63,155 bases of DNA from Perkinsus olseni (lineage: Eukaryota). Under the pieces are notes generated by a model that saw nothing but the letters and a program-made list of their open reading frames with translations, ran no database searches and was not told the origin of the DNA. Position numbers and translations under genes: made by a program. Each line of letters starts with the position of its first letter. The first letter of the stretch is position 1. The stretch lies in NCBI GenBank assembly GCA_013115125.1, contig JABANN010000137.1:1-63155 (forward strand), given 5' to 3'. Of this stretch, positions 1 to 14,930 are shown in pieces.

Positions 1-114
1 TGGAATTGGGAAGACAGCGCCCTCAGCGATCTTGCGTAGGTCGAGGTATTGAGCGCTTCGCTGATTCCTCACAGGCTCAATTAGGGCGGAGCGAAGCGAG
101 ATTTTTTTGGTCAT
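1..114 (-). CDS. Possible 5' end of a hypothetical gene running off the window start (MTKKISLRSALIEP...)
   Basis: ATG at 114 (minus strand) opens a frame with no stop to position 1. No homology recognised. Confidence 0.3.
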   Translation of the reverse strand, partial: MTKKISLRSALIEPVRNQRSAQYLDLRKIAEGAVFPIP

Positions 115-350
115 TTTCGTCGCCGCCGTTGTACGCAAGTACAAATCGGCAAACCCAAGGCTGCCGATTTCTTGACTGAAAGCGTGATTCGATTTTACGT
201 CTGATCTTGCCCTTGGATGCCTCAACAGGTTCTGTCCTTGAGTGTGTGCCCGCTCTGGGAGGAAAGCGTCATCTAGGAGTATCTTGAGGTCAACGTGGTC
301 TTAGATGTGCTCAAGATACGTTTAGGGTAAACTTTGTACGACCAGGTTGC

Positions 351-944
351 ATGGCCGAAGATTCCGCCGCAGTAAAGCAGCCTGTTAGTCTTCCGAAACT
401 GGGCCTGCATGCACAAGTTTGTGAGCTAGAGGTGTCAGTAAAGTCGCTCTACGCTGCTACTCGAACTGAGACCTTTCAGGCGCTGATAACAGAGACTTTG
501 AGGACTTCGCGCAAGGAGGCTGAGACGCTGAGAACGGCGAGGTCCCAACGCCAGCCTAAGGCCTTGATCTCGGCGAAGAGATTAGAGGCCTTGAAGAAAC
601 TCAAAGAGGACGTCAATGATTGTAGGCGATGATCCTAATATGGTCATTCAGTCGTCTGTTGGTGTGATGACCAGTCCGAAAGAGCAGAGCGTGGTGAAGA
701 ACGGCTACGGGGTGCTGCATATCAGATATTGAAGGCAAGAAGAGTGCAGCTTTGAGATTTTTCGATCGGCAGGCGGTAGACAAGGAGAAGCTCAGGAATG
801 AGATAAATCTTTTGCGAGATGATAACGTAGGTCATCGCTTAGATTGCTCTCCTGTCTTCGTCATTCATGCAGACGTTGCTACAACAGTCCGTGGTCAAAC
901 TACAGCGGCGTCTGAGAGAGGTTGAGCTTGACCTTGGCGAATAA
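351..944 (+). CDS. Hypothetical coiled-coil protein, spliced
   Basis: ORF 351-632 is helical and charged. Later exons read DKEKLRNEINLLRDDN and TLLQQSVVKLQRRLREVELDLGE* (TAA 942-944), separated by a GT..AG intron. Start is uncertain. Confidence 0.5.
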
Positions 945-1063
945 AAAGATACCTCATCTTCATGCCAGTATCTTCGTCGTCAATTTACAGTGGTTTCGAG
1001 TTAGTGCACCAGTGCTGCTGCCGCTGACGCTTTTTCAAGACTTCAGCATAATTTTTGAGGTTG

Positions 1064-3982
1064 ATGTATCTTCTCGACGGCCTTCTCAGCTTCACTAGGG
1101 CCGTACTGGCTCTCTCTGTTTTCTTCGGCTCACTGTTCAGAGGCGTCCTTGCGGATGGGAAGCCAGTTGAGTTTCACTCCTTCACGCAGGTGAGTTGTCT
1201 CGCGGGTTGATAGAAGGCTGGGCGGTAGACCTCGGTGCTCGCTTGAGAGTAGGGGTGAATTCAAGTGCTACACGGATTCACTTCGATGATACTCGATGAT
1301 CTCATCGTCAATTCCGTGACGAGCGCCCGTGCGTTCTGGAATCTCCTCCGCTTTTTCTTCGTCCGCGGCCGCCGCTCATCAGAAGGGCCCATCGTCAGTC
1401 CTCGCTTTTTCCTCTGAGTGCACGTAGACAACAGGCTGTTTTACCACTCGCAAGTATCCAAATTCCTTCTTCCAGCATTTTATCGGGCCTTTAGGACCAT
1501 GCTCATGCTTGCTGCATCTGTGGTGACTTGTGCGTGCGCTTGTGGATCTCGGCGATTGTGTCAACAGAGTTCGAATGAGCTTGTGAATCTTGCTCAGGAA
1601 ATGGACTTTCATAAGTTCACGTCAAGATGGGATGCGAGCGGGACGTGCATACCGTTGCACAATCACATCGTCCTCTCCCCAAGAGCATCAGACAGATATG
1701 GAGCACTCTGGCATAAGTAAGATATTGGCACAAGCCAACCTTACCCGTCAGTGTCGTGAGTGTGCCTAAGATACCCTCTACAAACTAACGATTTCGAGGT
1801 GGAGTTCACTATAGCGATCAAGCCGCCGACCCAGGGCGGCGACCCTGTCCATGAGCAAGTACTACCCCGAAGTTCCCTCCGGAATTCTGTTAGGGGGACC
1901 TTCTTGTTAGGGATTCGCCTTTTGGTACGTTTATGAGAACGCGTCGTCGAAGTACAGTGACTTGGCGCATATCACTGATGGAACCACAGACAAGATGAAT
2001 GACATGGGTAGGCACGCGGGTTCGAATCCCAGGAATGTCATTTTATTGTCAAATCGGTATCTTTGCCAGGTATGGGGCTGATGGGCTATAAGAATAACTT
2101 TGATGGAGTTGGTGTATTCTTCGCTCACAACAAGTTCTCTCCCTCGGGTGACAAAGAGTTGAGACCGAGCGCCTCCATTCTCCTCAACGACGGCTTCCAA
2201 TCTTTCGATCGGAAGAAAGATCTCCCTTCGGGTGGGAAGATGCCGCTTGGAAGCTTCGGGTCGACTGTTGTGCAGGTCACGGGTCCTACTGGAATTATCG
2301 TGACACTAGGCTAACAGTGAGGATCAGACTCCAGCCCAATGATGTTATGGTAGAGGCGAAGGCCGAGGTAGGCTGATGGTGTCTCTTCTACGGTCGCTGA
2401 GGATCTCCGCATCAGAATCAGGCGTGGGTCAAGCTGATCGAGTACAAGATCGACGACAACAGGCATCGTCTCAAACCCCGCGGGTGGGATGTTGTGGATA
2501 TTATCCATTGTGTAGCTAGAGGTGTCAGATACATTGGCCTCACGTCGTTCGTTGGGGCCGCTCCGAATCAGCCGTCCTACCGTTCTGACCTGCTCAACAT
2601 TCACGACTTTCATGTCAGCAATCATGACAACAGCATGATGTAGTGTTCGAAGATATCTGTATTGTGGTGAATTCATTTTGTCGTGATTTGCTCAGGTCCG
2701 GTGAACCGAAGGTCACGTACAACCCGTACAAGGCAGTGCCACGCCAAGACTTCCTAGAGGATCATGGAGGTAAGGATGATGCGAAGGGGTGGTATGCTCG
2801 GTGAACTGCGTACCAGTTGTGGTATTAGTGATGAAAGTGGGGAGGGGACTTGGCAGCAGGGACTAGGAACTGCCCCTGGTTAGTCGGCGCAATAATGACA
2901 TCGTGCAGCATGCTCTTGTTTTACATTGACGTGAAAACGATATTTGGTGGAACGCTGACAGCGCCGCGCTCGGCGTGTAGTCTCTCACAGTTGCTCATAG
3001 TCGGGATAGATTTCACTTCGCTTATAATTACTCGACATAGGATTGGGTTGGGCTCTCCGTCTCCGAGTTCTCATCCTCGTAAATATGGGATGACGGATTT
3101 TCCTAGTTGGTTTCCGGGGCAATCCTTGCCTTCGTGGAGAGCAGTGCAGTCTCGTCGTAGACGTTCTCTCCACTGATCTTGATGCGCGTGTATGGTGGTA
3201 CTGTATGCAGGCGGCAACGGAGGCGGCAAGCACTCGGACGCCATCGCGACACTGGTGCGGGCTACATATCGTGTTATCATGGAGCTCGAGCCATTGAGAA
3301 GTATGGAGGAGAGGACTATCACTGAATTATCGGTAGAATGGGGGAGGGTATTGCTTCATGGTGGGGGAGGTCGCAGGTTCGATACTTCGTCGTGTCATTT
3401 TTCTGCATTGCTATGTTTCCCCTTGTCTGAGTAGACCAGAGTTGAAGCGCTGCTTAAGGAGATGGACGAACTAAAGGCCGCTGTTGAGTCGATCGATGGA
3501 GGCAGCATGGCGGAACAGTACAAGACCATACGAAATGAACTCATTCAAGTGTCCAGGGAGGTAAACGTCGTCGGTTTTGGGAATGCAGCTCTCCCTTGTG
3601 GAAGTGGTAGTAGACTTTGTATTCTTATTTGTCACTTTTCAGACGATGAAGTCCAATTTTGAGAAGAGGAGGAGCTTGGACGAACTCTCCGAGCATGCAC
3701 AGAAACTGGTGAGTCTGATGTGCAGGGGGACAAGGAGGTGGTAGTTTCCGTGCTTAGGGATCGTTGGGCGATATGTCGGGGAAGATCAAGAGTCGATTGG
3801 AAAGTCAGGGCAACACGTTGTGTAAGTTCGTAGCGAAGGATCGATCCGGGGACCTTCGGATTGGAAGTCATGCGCTTGCCTTGTTAGTTTACTTGGCAGT
3901 TGTCTGCCTTTTTGCTGTTTTGGTGGTGGGCAGTGGAGTCTATGCGAAGTTCCGAAGGCTGGAGAAGAAGCACATCTTATAA
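1064..3982 (+). CDS. L-type (legume-like) lectin, ERGIC-53/VIP36/Emp47 family cargo receptor, multi-exon
   Basis: Exon 1 MYLLDGLLSF...VLADGKPVEFHSFTQ contains a signal peptide. Lectin motifs WDASG..IVLSP..YGALWHK, GFALWYV and MGYKNNFDGVGVFF follow. A coiled-coil stalk leads to a C-terminal TM helix and a dilysine-like tail (RRLEKKHIL*). Confidence 0.88.
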
Positions 3983-4498
3983 TACCATCCTTCTCGACAT
4001 CATTCACACACTTTGCGTCATCCTGGTAATTTTTTGCGTCATCCTCATCGGCCGCATCGGTCTGTGGGGCCACGCCTAGGGTAGTGGCTTCTATCACCTT
4101 CTCAAGTGAACTGTCACTGTTGAGTTCAGTGGGTAATTGTCATCTAGGCGTTATGGCCGATCGACGTCTACTATATCCGGTGGAGTAGAGGCTAAGGATA
4201 GATTCTGGTCGCCTCGTAGGTTTGTAGTGCGTGCTATCCATGTCCGGTATCATGCTACCTGGTTACTTGGCTCCAGTCAGGCATCACTGCTCTCGGACGG
4301 GGATTGACGCCGGCTGGCAGTGGTCGTGAGAGTTCGACGTCTAGCAGGCAGGTACGATTATCCGCCTGGTGACAGTCGTATCAGATTCTTCGGCACTCGT
4401 GCGCGGAGTCTTGCCTGTGCTCTGATCTGCTCGATTGTTGTGTTTACCTCGGTAGTGAGTTCATTCACCACCCCTCCCCTCCAGCTGTCTTCTTCTGT

Positions 4499-5071
4499 AT
4501 GAGCCTCTTCCGGCATCTGATCAGGGCTGTGAGGACGTCCATCTCTCGCCCATACCGCTATCTGTGGTGCGTTTGGATTGTGGGCTTCACGACCCTCCTA
4601 ATCGCGGTGGTCTTCTCCTCACACCTGCATCGTCGCCCAGTCGAGAGTGCCATCTACATGAGTGCTATCGCAATAATTCCGCCGGTCATCATTATTTGTT
4701 ATGCATACCTCACAGACTTCGGCTCTGATGCAGCACCGACATCGATTACGTCAAGGTCGTCGAGTCTTAGCCCTTCGACTAAGAGGCAATTCCAGGAGCA
4801 GTGGAAGACGTGGTCCTCGCGGAATACGAGACGGGCTTCGATCGCAGTGGTCTCTCCCGACCTCCCTCAGAAGGGCGAATGCTGCAGTATCTGTCTAGCA
4901 TTGTTCGAGCCCGATGATGATGTGAGAGAGCTGCCTTGTCGACATGTTCTGCACGAGGATTGCTTCGAGGCCTATTTTCATGGTCACAGGCCTCTAGGTG
5001 GCAAAAGGCAACACGAGTGTCCCCTGTGCCGTGAACCAATGGGACCCGTCTTGGATGGCGGTAAGCGTTAA
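4499..5071 (+). CDS. Two-TM RING-H2 E3 ubiquitin ligase (paralog 1), intronless
   Basis: CSICL..F...LPCRHVLHEDC...CPLC is a C3H2C3 RING. Two hydrophobic N-terminal segments precede it. Confidence 0.88.
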   Translation: MSLFRHLIRAVRTSISRPYRYLWCVWIVGFTTLLIAVVFSSHLHRRPVESAIYMSAIAIIPPVIIICYAYLTDFGSDAAPTSITSRSSSLSPSTKRQFQEQWKTWSSRNTRRASIAVVSPDLPQKGECCSICLALFEPDDDVRELPCRHVLHEDCFEAYFHGHRPLGGKRQHECPLCREPMGPVLDGGKR

Positions 5072-5220
5072 GCGCCTTCTGATAGGCCTCTCCATATTTG
5101 CCTCCTGTACCTTTTTTGTAGATTCCGAGTCATTCGAACGTTGTTGATGTAAAATGTCTTCTGTCATTGTGAGCACCATTATTTCGCCCATGATAGGTTG
5201 GAGCAACATCCCGCGGTGCT

Positions 5221-6054
5221 ATGCTATTCAATCTTCGGTCCTTGCTGTGTCGACGCTCCAGTAGCGATACTGGAGCTTACGGTCTTCATAGTTCCCTCCC
5301 GAGGGTTTGGTCGCTGAACCGACTTTCGTCCCTCACCAAAGCTTCGAGTTCCCCAATCGCCGAATCGATCTTTCAGGAGTTGTTCTCTGCTTCAATGGAG
5401 AATCAACAGTTACACAGAGCGCTCCAACGCTCCTTCAGTCGCCCTTATCTATGGCTATGGGGCCTCTGGATCGCTGGTATGGCGTCATTTGGCTTCGGTG
5501 TCGTGTACACTTCCTCCTCGCAAGACTATCTGGTTGAGATCATTATTTACGTAGCCTTCCTGGCTATACCCCCACCCATCATCATATTGGCCTACGCCTA
5601 CGTCATCGAGTCTCGATCGAGCCACGTTCGGCAATTCCACGCTAACGACTTGTCAAGTGATGGCAATGATCTGGCTACCGCTGCCGATAAGCATGCATTC
5701 GCTAAAGCGTGGTCAGAGTGGGCCGAGGCTAACGTCAAAAAGGGGAAGGTCTCCGACCTCAGCAGCAGCAGCAGCAGTCGTGAAGAGTCCTCATCGGAGC
5801 AGTCGTTGTGTCCGATCTGTCTTGACGAAATGGCAATGGATGATGATGTTAGACAATTGCCTTGTGGTCACATATTGCATCTTGCCTGTTTTGACATCTG
5901 CTTCACCAAGCACGTACCCTTACACGCATACGGCAAGAATCGTCACGAATGTCCCTTGTGTCGTGAAGTCGTTGGGCCGTCCTTCGCTCCTCTCCACCGA
6001 GCCCGACTGTCAAGGCCTTCGAGGATGATACCTGAGAGCATCTGGTTGGCATAG
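5221..6054 (+). CDS. Two-TM RING-H2 E3 ubiquitin ligase (paralog 2), intronless; real start may be the Met near 5395
   Basis: CPICL...LPCGHILHLAC...HECPLCRE. Shares SRPY..LW..WI.G and AI.PP.III.YAY with paralog 1. Confidence 0.88.
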   Translation: MLFNLRSLLCRRSSSDTGAYGLHSSLPRVWSLNRLSSLTKASSSPIAESIFQELFSASMENQQLHRALQRSFSRPYLWLWGLWIAGMASFGFGVVYTSSSQDYLVEIIIYVAFLAIPPPIIILAYAYVIESRSSHVRQFHANDLSSDGNDLATAADKHAFAKAWSEWAEANVKKGKVSDLSSSSSSREESSSEQSLCPICLDEMAMDDDVRQLPCGHILHLACFDICFTKHVPLHAYGKNRHECPLCREVVGPSFAPLHRARLSRPSRMIPESIWLA

Positions 6055-6325
6055 ATCTTCATAGTATGCCACCATCACGACTATTGCATCTCGTGTCATG
6101 GCATACTGTGAGGTAAGGAGAGCTAGTCGACATACTTTCTGTATCAGCAGGTATATTCGTTTTTATAAGATGAGCGATAATGGTTCATGTTTATGGTTAT
6201 ATCATTGTCTTTCACCACTTTCTTTCTACAATTGGTCAACCCTTCAGAAGTCTTCTTGTCAACTTCCCGACTGTATCGTGTTATATATTGCATGACTTAG
6301 AGGGGATGTAAGATACGATATAACA

Positions 6326-8320
6326 ATGAACATACCACTCCTCCGTCAAATCACGTCCATACGCCACGTAAAGCACTACCGGCCTTTCAGCATCATGTCT
6401 CGCTATAAAGAGGTTCGGCCTGCGAGCGCTGCACAGCCGGTGACTTCTGGTTGGAAGGTGAGCGTCTCGCCGTTGATTTGCCGAATAAAAAGACGTTTCA
6501 GCTGCCTGAGCCTGAAGAGTCCCCTCTCGTACCGGAGGTGAACCCCGAAGACGGTGCCCCGGCTCCAGCAGAGATCTATCCGAGGTCCTGTCGTCTGCCT
6601 TCCGAGTTGACTGGAGCAGAGGCTGTGTTCTTAGGATCAAAGGAGGGGGTTATTATATTCGGAATGCAGTTCCCGATGAAGCCAAGCTCATGACTGCAGC
6701 GACACCAGCCCCGCATAGCATGCCTGAGAAGCCCAAGTTTCTGAAGGTCTTTATGAGTTTCGTCTGCGCGGCGGCACGACTCATCGGTCAGGTAGCTCTC
6801 ATCGGGGCGCCAAATGCAGGGAAGTCGTCGCTGATGAACTGCATGTTGAACCAAAGCCTGGCTGCAGTAAGCCCAAAAGTCAACACTACCCGTGAGGAGA
6901 TCAGGGGAGTGGTAACCGATGGAGATCATCAGGTGGGATGTTACCGCGTCACGTTTTCGCACTCACCTGCTCCGTTCCCATTCAGCTTCGTGGACTCGCA
7001 GGGTATTGTCCGGCTCTAGGCGGTGAGTCATGCTTCGTTTTTGGCAGATAGTCGTAATTGATGCCCCAGGGGTCATACCCGCGAATCAGACGAAGGGCTG
7101 CAGAGCCCTCGCACGAGACGCATGGACAGGGTGGAAAATATCGAGGGGCGTCCCTGGTGTGTGGTCGGTGGCACAGGTACAATGACTGCGATCTTGTCCT
7201 TCTTGTCGTCGATACATTGCGGAGACCGGATACAGATCTGGTGGATCTGATTCGGAGGATCGCCCCGAAGCCTGATCTCAGTAGGCATTAGGTGTCGTCT
7301 GAGGTTCGAGCGTTGCATTATCTTCGAGGTACGGAATATCATGAACGGCGAAACCCTGACTTGAAGCCGAGTTCGGGACAGACTGAGGAGGAGGCAGACA
7401 AGAGGCCGCCAGTGGTTCTCTGCCTGAATAAAATTGACAAGTCCCAGCGACTGTGGGTTCAGAAGCGGGCGGATCAACTGAAGGAGTCAGTGGGCATCTC
7501 AGTTCTCCCTCGATGGAGGAACAACGCCCCTCAGGCACGGGGCCTTCAAACAGATCTTTTTTATTTCCGCTAAGAAGGATCGCGGCGTCAAAGCGTTATT
7601 ACATTTCCTTAAGACGAGGTCCAAGGATCATATTTGGCCTTTCCCACCCGCCGTGAAAACGACGCTTCCTATGGTAGAGCAGGTGAGTGAGTTGAATGCG
7701 CTCGCTGTCCCTCGATATTCCACACGATATCAGGTTGAGCAGCTCGTTCGCACGTACATTTTCTGCTGGTTCAATAAGGATTTGCCCTACAAAGTTGAGC
7801 AGCAGACTGGTGAGACACGTGGGTATGATCGGTTCCGTGGATGTGAATATTCTGAAAAATACCCGATGCAGGATTCGAACCTACGACCATCTGCTCCGTA
7901 GGCAGACATTCTATCCAGCTGAACTAATCGGGCGCTGGATGTTCTTTGTATAGGGCATCCTGCTTCGCTCCACACGCTCAGTTGGTTGGACGCCTCGTCT
8001 TGACGGCGGACTCACCATTGAGCACGAGCTAAAGGTGCAGGATAGTATCGTACTGCGAATGATATGCGGCACTCGCAATCGCATAATTCGGCGGCTACGG
8101 CAAAATGTCGCTTACAAGCTAGAGCAGGTACGATCAGGCCTGATGATACTGTCCTACTGCTCTTCCTCAGGCTTGGGGCATCAAACCAATCCAGTTGGTT
8201 ATTTGGGTGAAGGCGAAAGTAGTTCGGAGATCAAGAAAGGATATTCAGGAATATCGAGCGCAATTCTTCGAAGCCCGAGCAACGGCCAAGGGGAACCCAA
8301 AGGCAACTGTCACGCATTGA
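6326..8320 (+). CDS. ERA: Era-family GTPase with C-terminal KH domain, probably mitochondrial (ERAL1-like), multi-exon
   Basis: G1 GAPNAGKS, G2 VSPKVNTTR, G3 DAPG, G4 NKID, and the Era C-terminal pattern F.W..KDLPY. The N-terminus is basic and transit-peptide-like. Stop TGA at 8318-8320. Confidence 0.88.
7860..7933 (-). tRNA. trnR-ACG: tRNA-Arg(ACG), nested antisense in the Era intron 7810-7981
   Basis: Reverse complement is GCCCGAT TA GTTC AGCTGGATA GAAT G TCTGC CTACGGA GCAGA TGGTC GTAGG TTCGAAT CCTGC ATCGGGT A. This is a full cloverleaf, followed directly by TTTTT (Pol III terminator). Confidence 0.96.
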
Positions 8321-8667
8321 TAACCATCAAGCATGCCGACCTCTGTTTCGCTCAATATTTGAGGTCAATCGAGTTTCTGAACTTCTCGTGCTGTTTTGTT
8401 ACAAATTATTTGCCTTAATCCCAAACTCAACACACCAACGCGCGGCTGCAGAAAAATCCCCCAAACTACCAAGAATTGCGCCATATGTACGATAAACTGT
8501 ATATCTTCTATCACTGCTGCTCTGTACATGTAGATTATTGTAAATCCATTATCTGCTGCTTCCACCATAATAATCCTCTTTAACGCCTTCAATGATACTC
8601 GACAGCGCGCCATACTACCAGCAATATCATTCAATCCAAAATGACGTACCGGTGTCAAAAGCATTAA

Positions 8668-10276
8668 CTACTGACGCATACCTGAAGTTTCTCATGCAAT
8701 GTAGGGCAATAAGCTCTAACCCTCATAGGCCTACCTCCGCTGACAAGCTCTTGTAGTGAATTGGCTGGCAGCATTCCCAGGTTGACAAGCAGACCAACCT
8801 ACAAGGAACCAACGGTCGAGATGTAGGACACTACGTTATCGGCGATCACTACCTGCCACTTCCGCGCCATCACGTCCTCCTTGAGGCAATTAGCGATCGT
8901 AGTATTAGCAGGGGCGTCGAGTTTCAGTTCAGCGGGTAAACATTGCCTGAAATACGTGGTAGTGAATCCTAACTGTTGCAAGAGACACGGGAAGTCATCC
9001 GAAGCAACTAACAACTTCCCCAATGTAAAAGAAGCAGTGATAACCCCCCCGAGGGACAACCCAGATCGAGACTGCAATACTACCTGAGGGCCTCCCTGGC
9101 ACGATCATTCTCAGAGAGTCGTTGATAACATCTTATTATGTGTTTCAAAAGACGAGATGAAGGTGCCTCCGACAAGGATTGAACCTGGACGCATGAATGT
9201 CCGTAAACACTGCGTCAGTCGATCCCCCACTCGGCCTACCATATTCCCGAGGACCGTGCTAACGGCATAGAAACGCTCAGCAGTAGCACAGATATACTGC
9301 AATCCGTTATCGTCGAGTAGTATCTTCTGTATGATGAACGTTGCCACGGTCTGAAGCCCATTGAAATTATTTCCCATAGGGAACCCTGGCTGTCCCGATT
9401 CTCGACCGACCACCGTACTACCCTGGACAGCTCCGATCCAGTCTCCATTATACGCAGGCATAGGGGAATAATTTCGGTTTGAAGTAGGAATTGTACAACC
9501 TGAAATTACTATGGCCAGAATTGAACCAGCGACCTTTCGCTTCATCACCTGCTCATCATCCACCTTAACTAGGGCACCGATGACGCCCAAGCTCGTTAGA
9601 CGGAGATACTCGAATGGACGAACCTTCGATACTGTGTTCAAGAAGGGATATCTGACCATCCATCCACGTCCACTGCTACGCCCTCCTAAGGGCTCTATAC
9701 TACAAGAAAAGTGGTATGTGGGCCTGCAGGAAAGGCTTCCTTGTTTCAGGGTGGCTAGCGAGACACTGAAAGAGGGCGAGAGCGTTGCAGGCACGATTCG
9801 ATACCGCTGCCGACAGGTTAGGGGGACTCAGACACGGGTACACAGCCAGTAGCTCCTGAATGGAATTAATGGAATCATTAATCGCAACTTGACCGACACG
9901 GATGATATTAACACCTGCAACAGAGCGGCGACGGTGCCGAAGGAATACCACAGTATAGGGGCGAGGTCGGGGAAGGATTCCCTCCTTTTCGACAACTCCA
10001 AAAGGGCTTGCTCCCGCTTCTCAGGGATCGTCAAGTCCAAAACTAAAGGAGGGTACTCTCGCCATTCTTTTCATCGTCCCTGTACCCAGTAAATAGATCT
10101 TCTCCTTCTCCGCCTGGGAAGCGGCAGCCGCCACAGCATTGGCCTGAAGTCGAGCACTTTGTTAACACTCCAGCGCATTCACGACGCCCTTCCAGCACCC
10201 TGTCCACTGGCTGCATCACAGGAGGCATCACTGGTGCTGGTACAGCCCCTCCTCGAGTAGCTTGTGATGGGTTCAT
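8668..10276 (-). CDS. CNOT9: CCR4-NOT subunit RCD1/CAF40/CNOT9, multi-exon
   Basis: Highly conserved Rcd1 motifs: [90 protein letters not shown] and [17 protein letters not shown]. The last exon boundary is approximate. Confidence 0.95.
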
Positions 10277-10658
10277 TCAACTGGAGAAGATACTAACTAG
10301 TACTTAGTGACTACTACTGCCTCGACCCTCGGCCGGTACAACACGAACACCACTATCTTGAATATCTTGCTATCTTGAATTTCCTCAACGTCTGCTATGT
10401 CCCGTATGATAATTGTATAACTTCTTTCCCATGTACACGCCTTGAAGTTCCCACTCGGTTATCATCGATCGCCCCGCTAGCCCTCCCTTCCTCGTACGGA
10501 CGTCTCCCTCTTGCTCGTTTCTGACACCTCTAGCTTTCTGCTGATAGCCGCTAATTGCCAGTCTTTCATGGATGTGGTGAAAACACAATTGATAGACTGC
10601 TAGTGGCCCTCAAGGTAGTTTAATAATACATTTTGTTTAACTACATTTCACCACTACT

Positions 10659-13921
<3,263 letters not shown>

Positions 13922-14635
13922 GCGCTTCTGTCCAATTTCAACTATTAAGTGACAAGATGCGGTGTTGCTGTTGCTGATGAGGCAAGACGATCGAGTCTAG
14001 CAGCAGCAGTACTAGATACTATGAAAACACTGGTGACAATGAGGTTTCTAATGTTATACAGAATGTCGTGTTAACCGTTGTTAATCCCCTGAGTGCGATG
14101 GTAGGAGGACAGCTATCATCATTACGTTTAATGATGCTCCTGTGGCAGAGGCGGAAGTCGTGTGCTGTAGATTCGGAAGTGGAGAGATTATTCCCTTATT
14201 GAGCTTGGTAACAGCGAGATCTTCCAACGTTGTGGTTTGGTATCGGGGGAGCTCCTACCCCTCGGAAAAGGAAGTGTTAATTCTTAGAGCTGCCCGAGTA
14301 GGGGCCATGCGATGTCAACATCAGCGCTCACTCCTCTGCCCCTTTCAAGAACCGCATTGCGCTAGCAGAAGGCCTACTAGCAACCGCCTTTAATACCGTC
14401 TTCCGCAGGGTTAGCCCACACACTGTCATCGACGTAGTTGACCAGAAATAGCGCTTGACAGGCAGAATGGTCAGAATGGAAACTCCGAGGATTCAACTCT
14501 CCTGCCGTTGTCCACGAGAGCAACGAGCTACTCATCTGAACTCGGTGCACCTCTTCGATCGGTACGAGGGAGTGCCGCCTTGCGTACCGTTGGTGGGGAC
14601 GAAACTCTCGTTACGAGTGGGCATCGCCCATGTCA

Positions 14636-14674
14636 GGATAAGGGGGAGCGGGGACTCCCCGCTCCCCCTTATCC
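14636..14674. repeat. Perfect 19-bp inverted repeat around a 1-nt centre (39-nt palindrome), within a hairpin cluster
   Basis: GGATAAGGGGGAGCGGGGA-C-TCCCCGCTCCCCCTTATCC; the arms are exact reverse complements. Confidence 0.95.
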
Positions 14675-14930
14675 CCCTTATGAAACTCCCGCCGGGGAGT
14701 CGCATGCCAACAGATCTCAACTAGAATGATCAGAATAGCCATGGGGGATCCTGACTCGCTGCGGCAAGCTACGAGCCCTACCAGCTCCACAGGGACCCGC
14801 CAAATCGCTCTGACCTCTTACACGGCTACGATGTACTCGCAAACTCAAGATACGCTTCAGTGGTGTATTTGGTGCTATCACACTTCCATTTTGAGGAAGG
14901 ATCGTAACGTTGAAAAACTCGAGGAGGGCC

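Noticed and set aside
2018-2030. GGGTTCGAATCCC, a tRNA T-arm/B-box-like motif in a lectin intron, flanked by AATGACAT...ATGTCATT
   Set aside because: No D-arm or anticodon arm can be formed, and the upstream part is coding exon. At most it is a tRNA fragment.
14530-14725. Possible hammerhead, RNase P/MRP, SECIS or Helitron 3' end in the hairpin cluster
   Set aside because: There is no CUGANGA core and no convincing P4/P1 pairing. MsrB has Cys rather than UGA, and the CTAG is not followed by T. Left unassigned.
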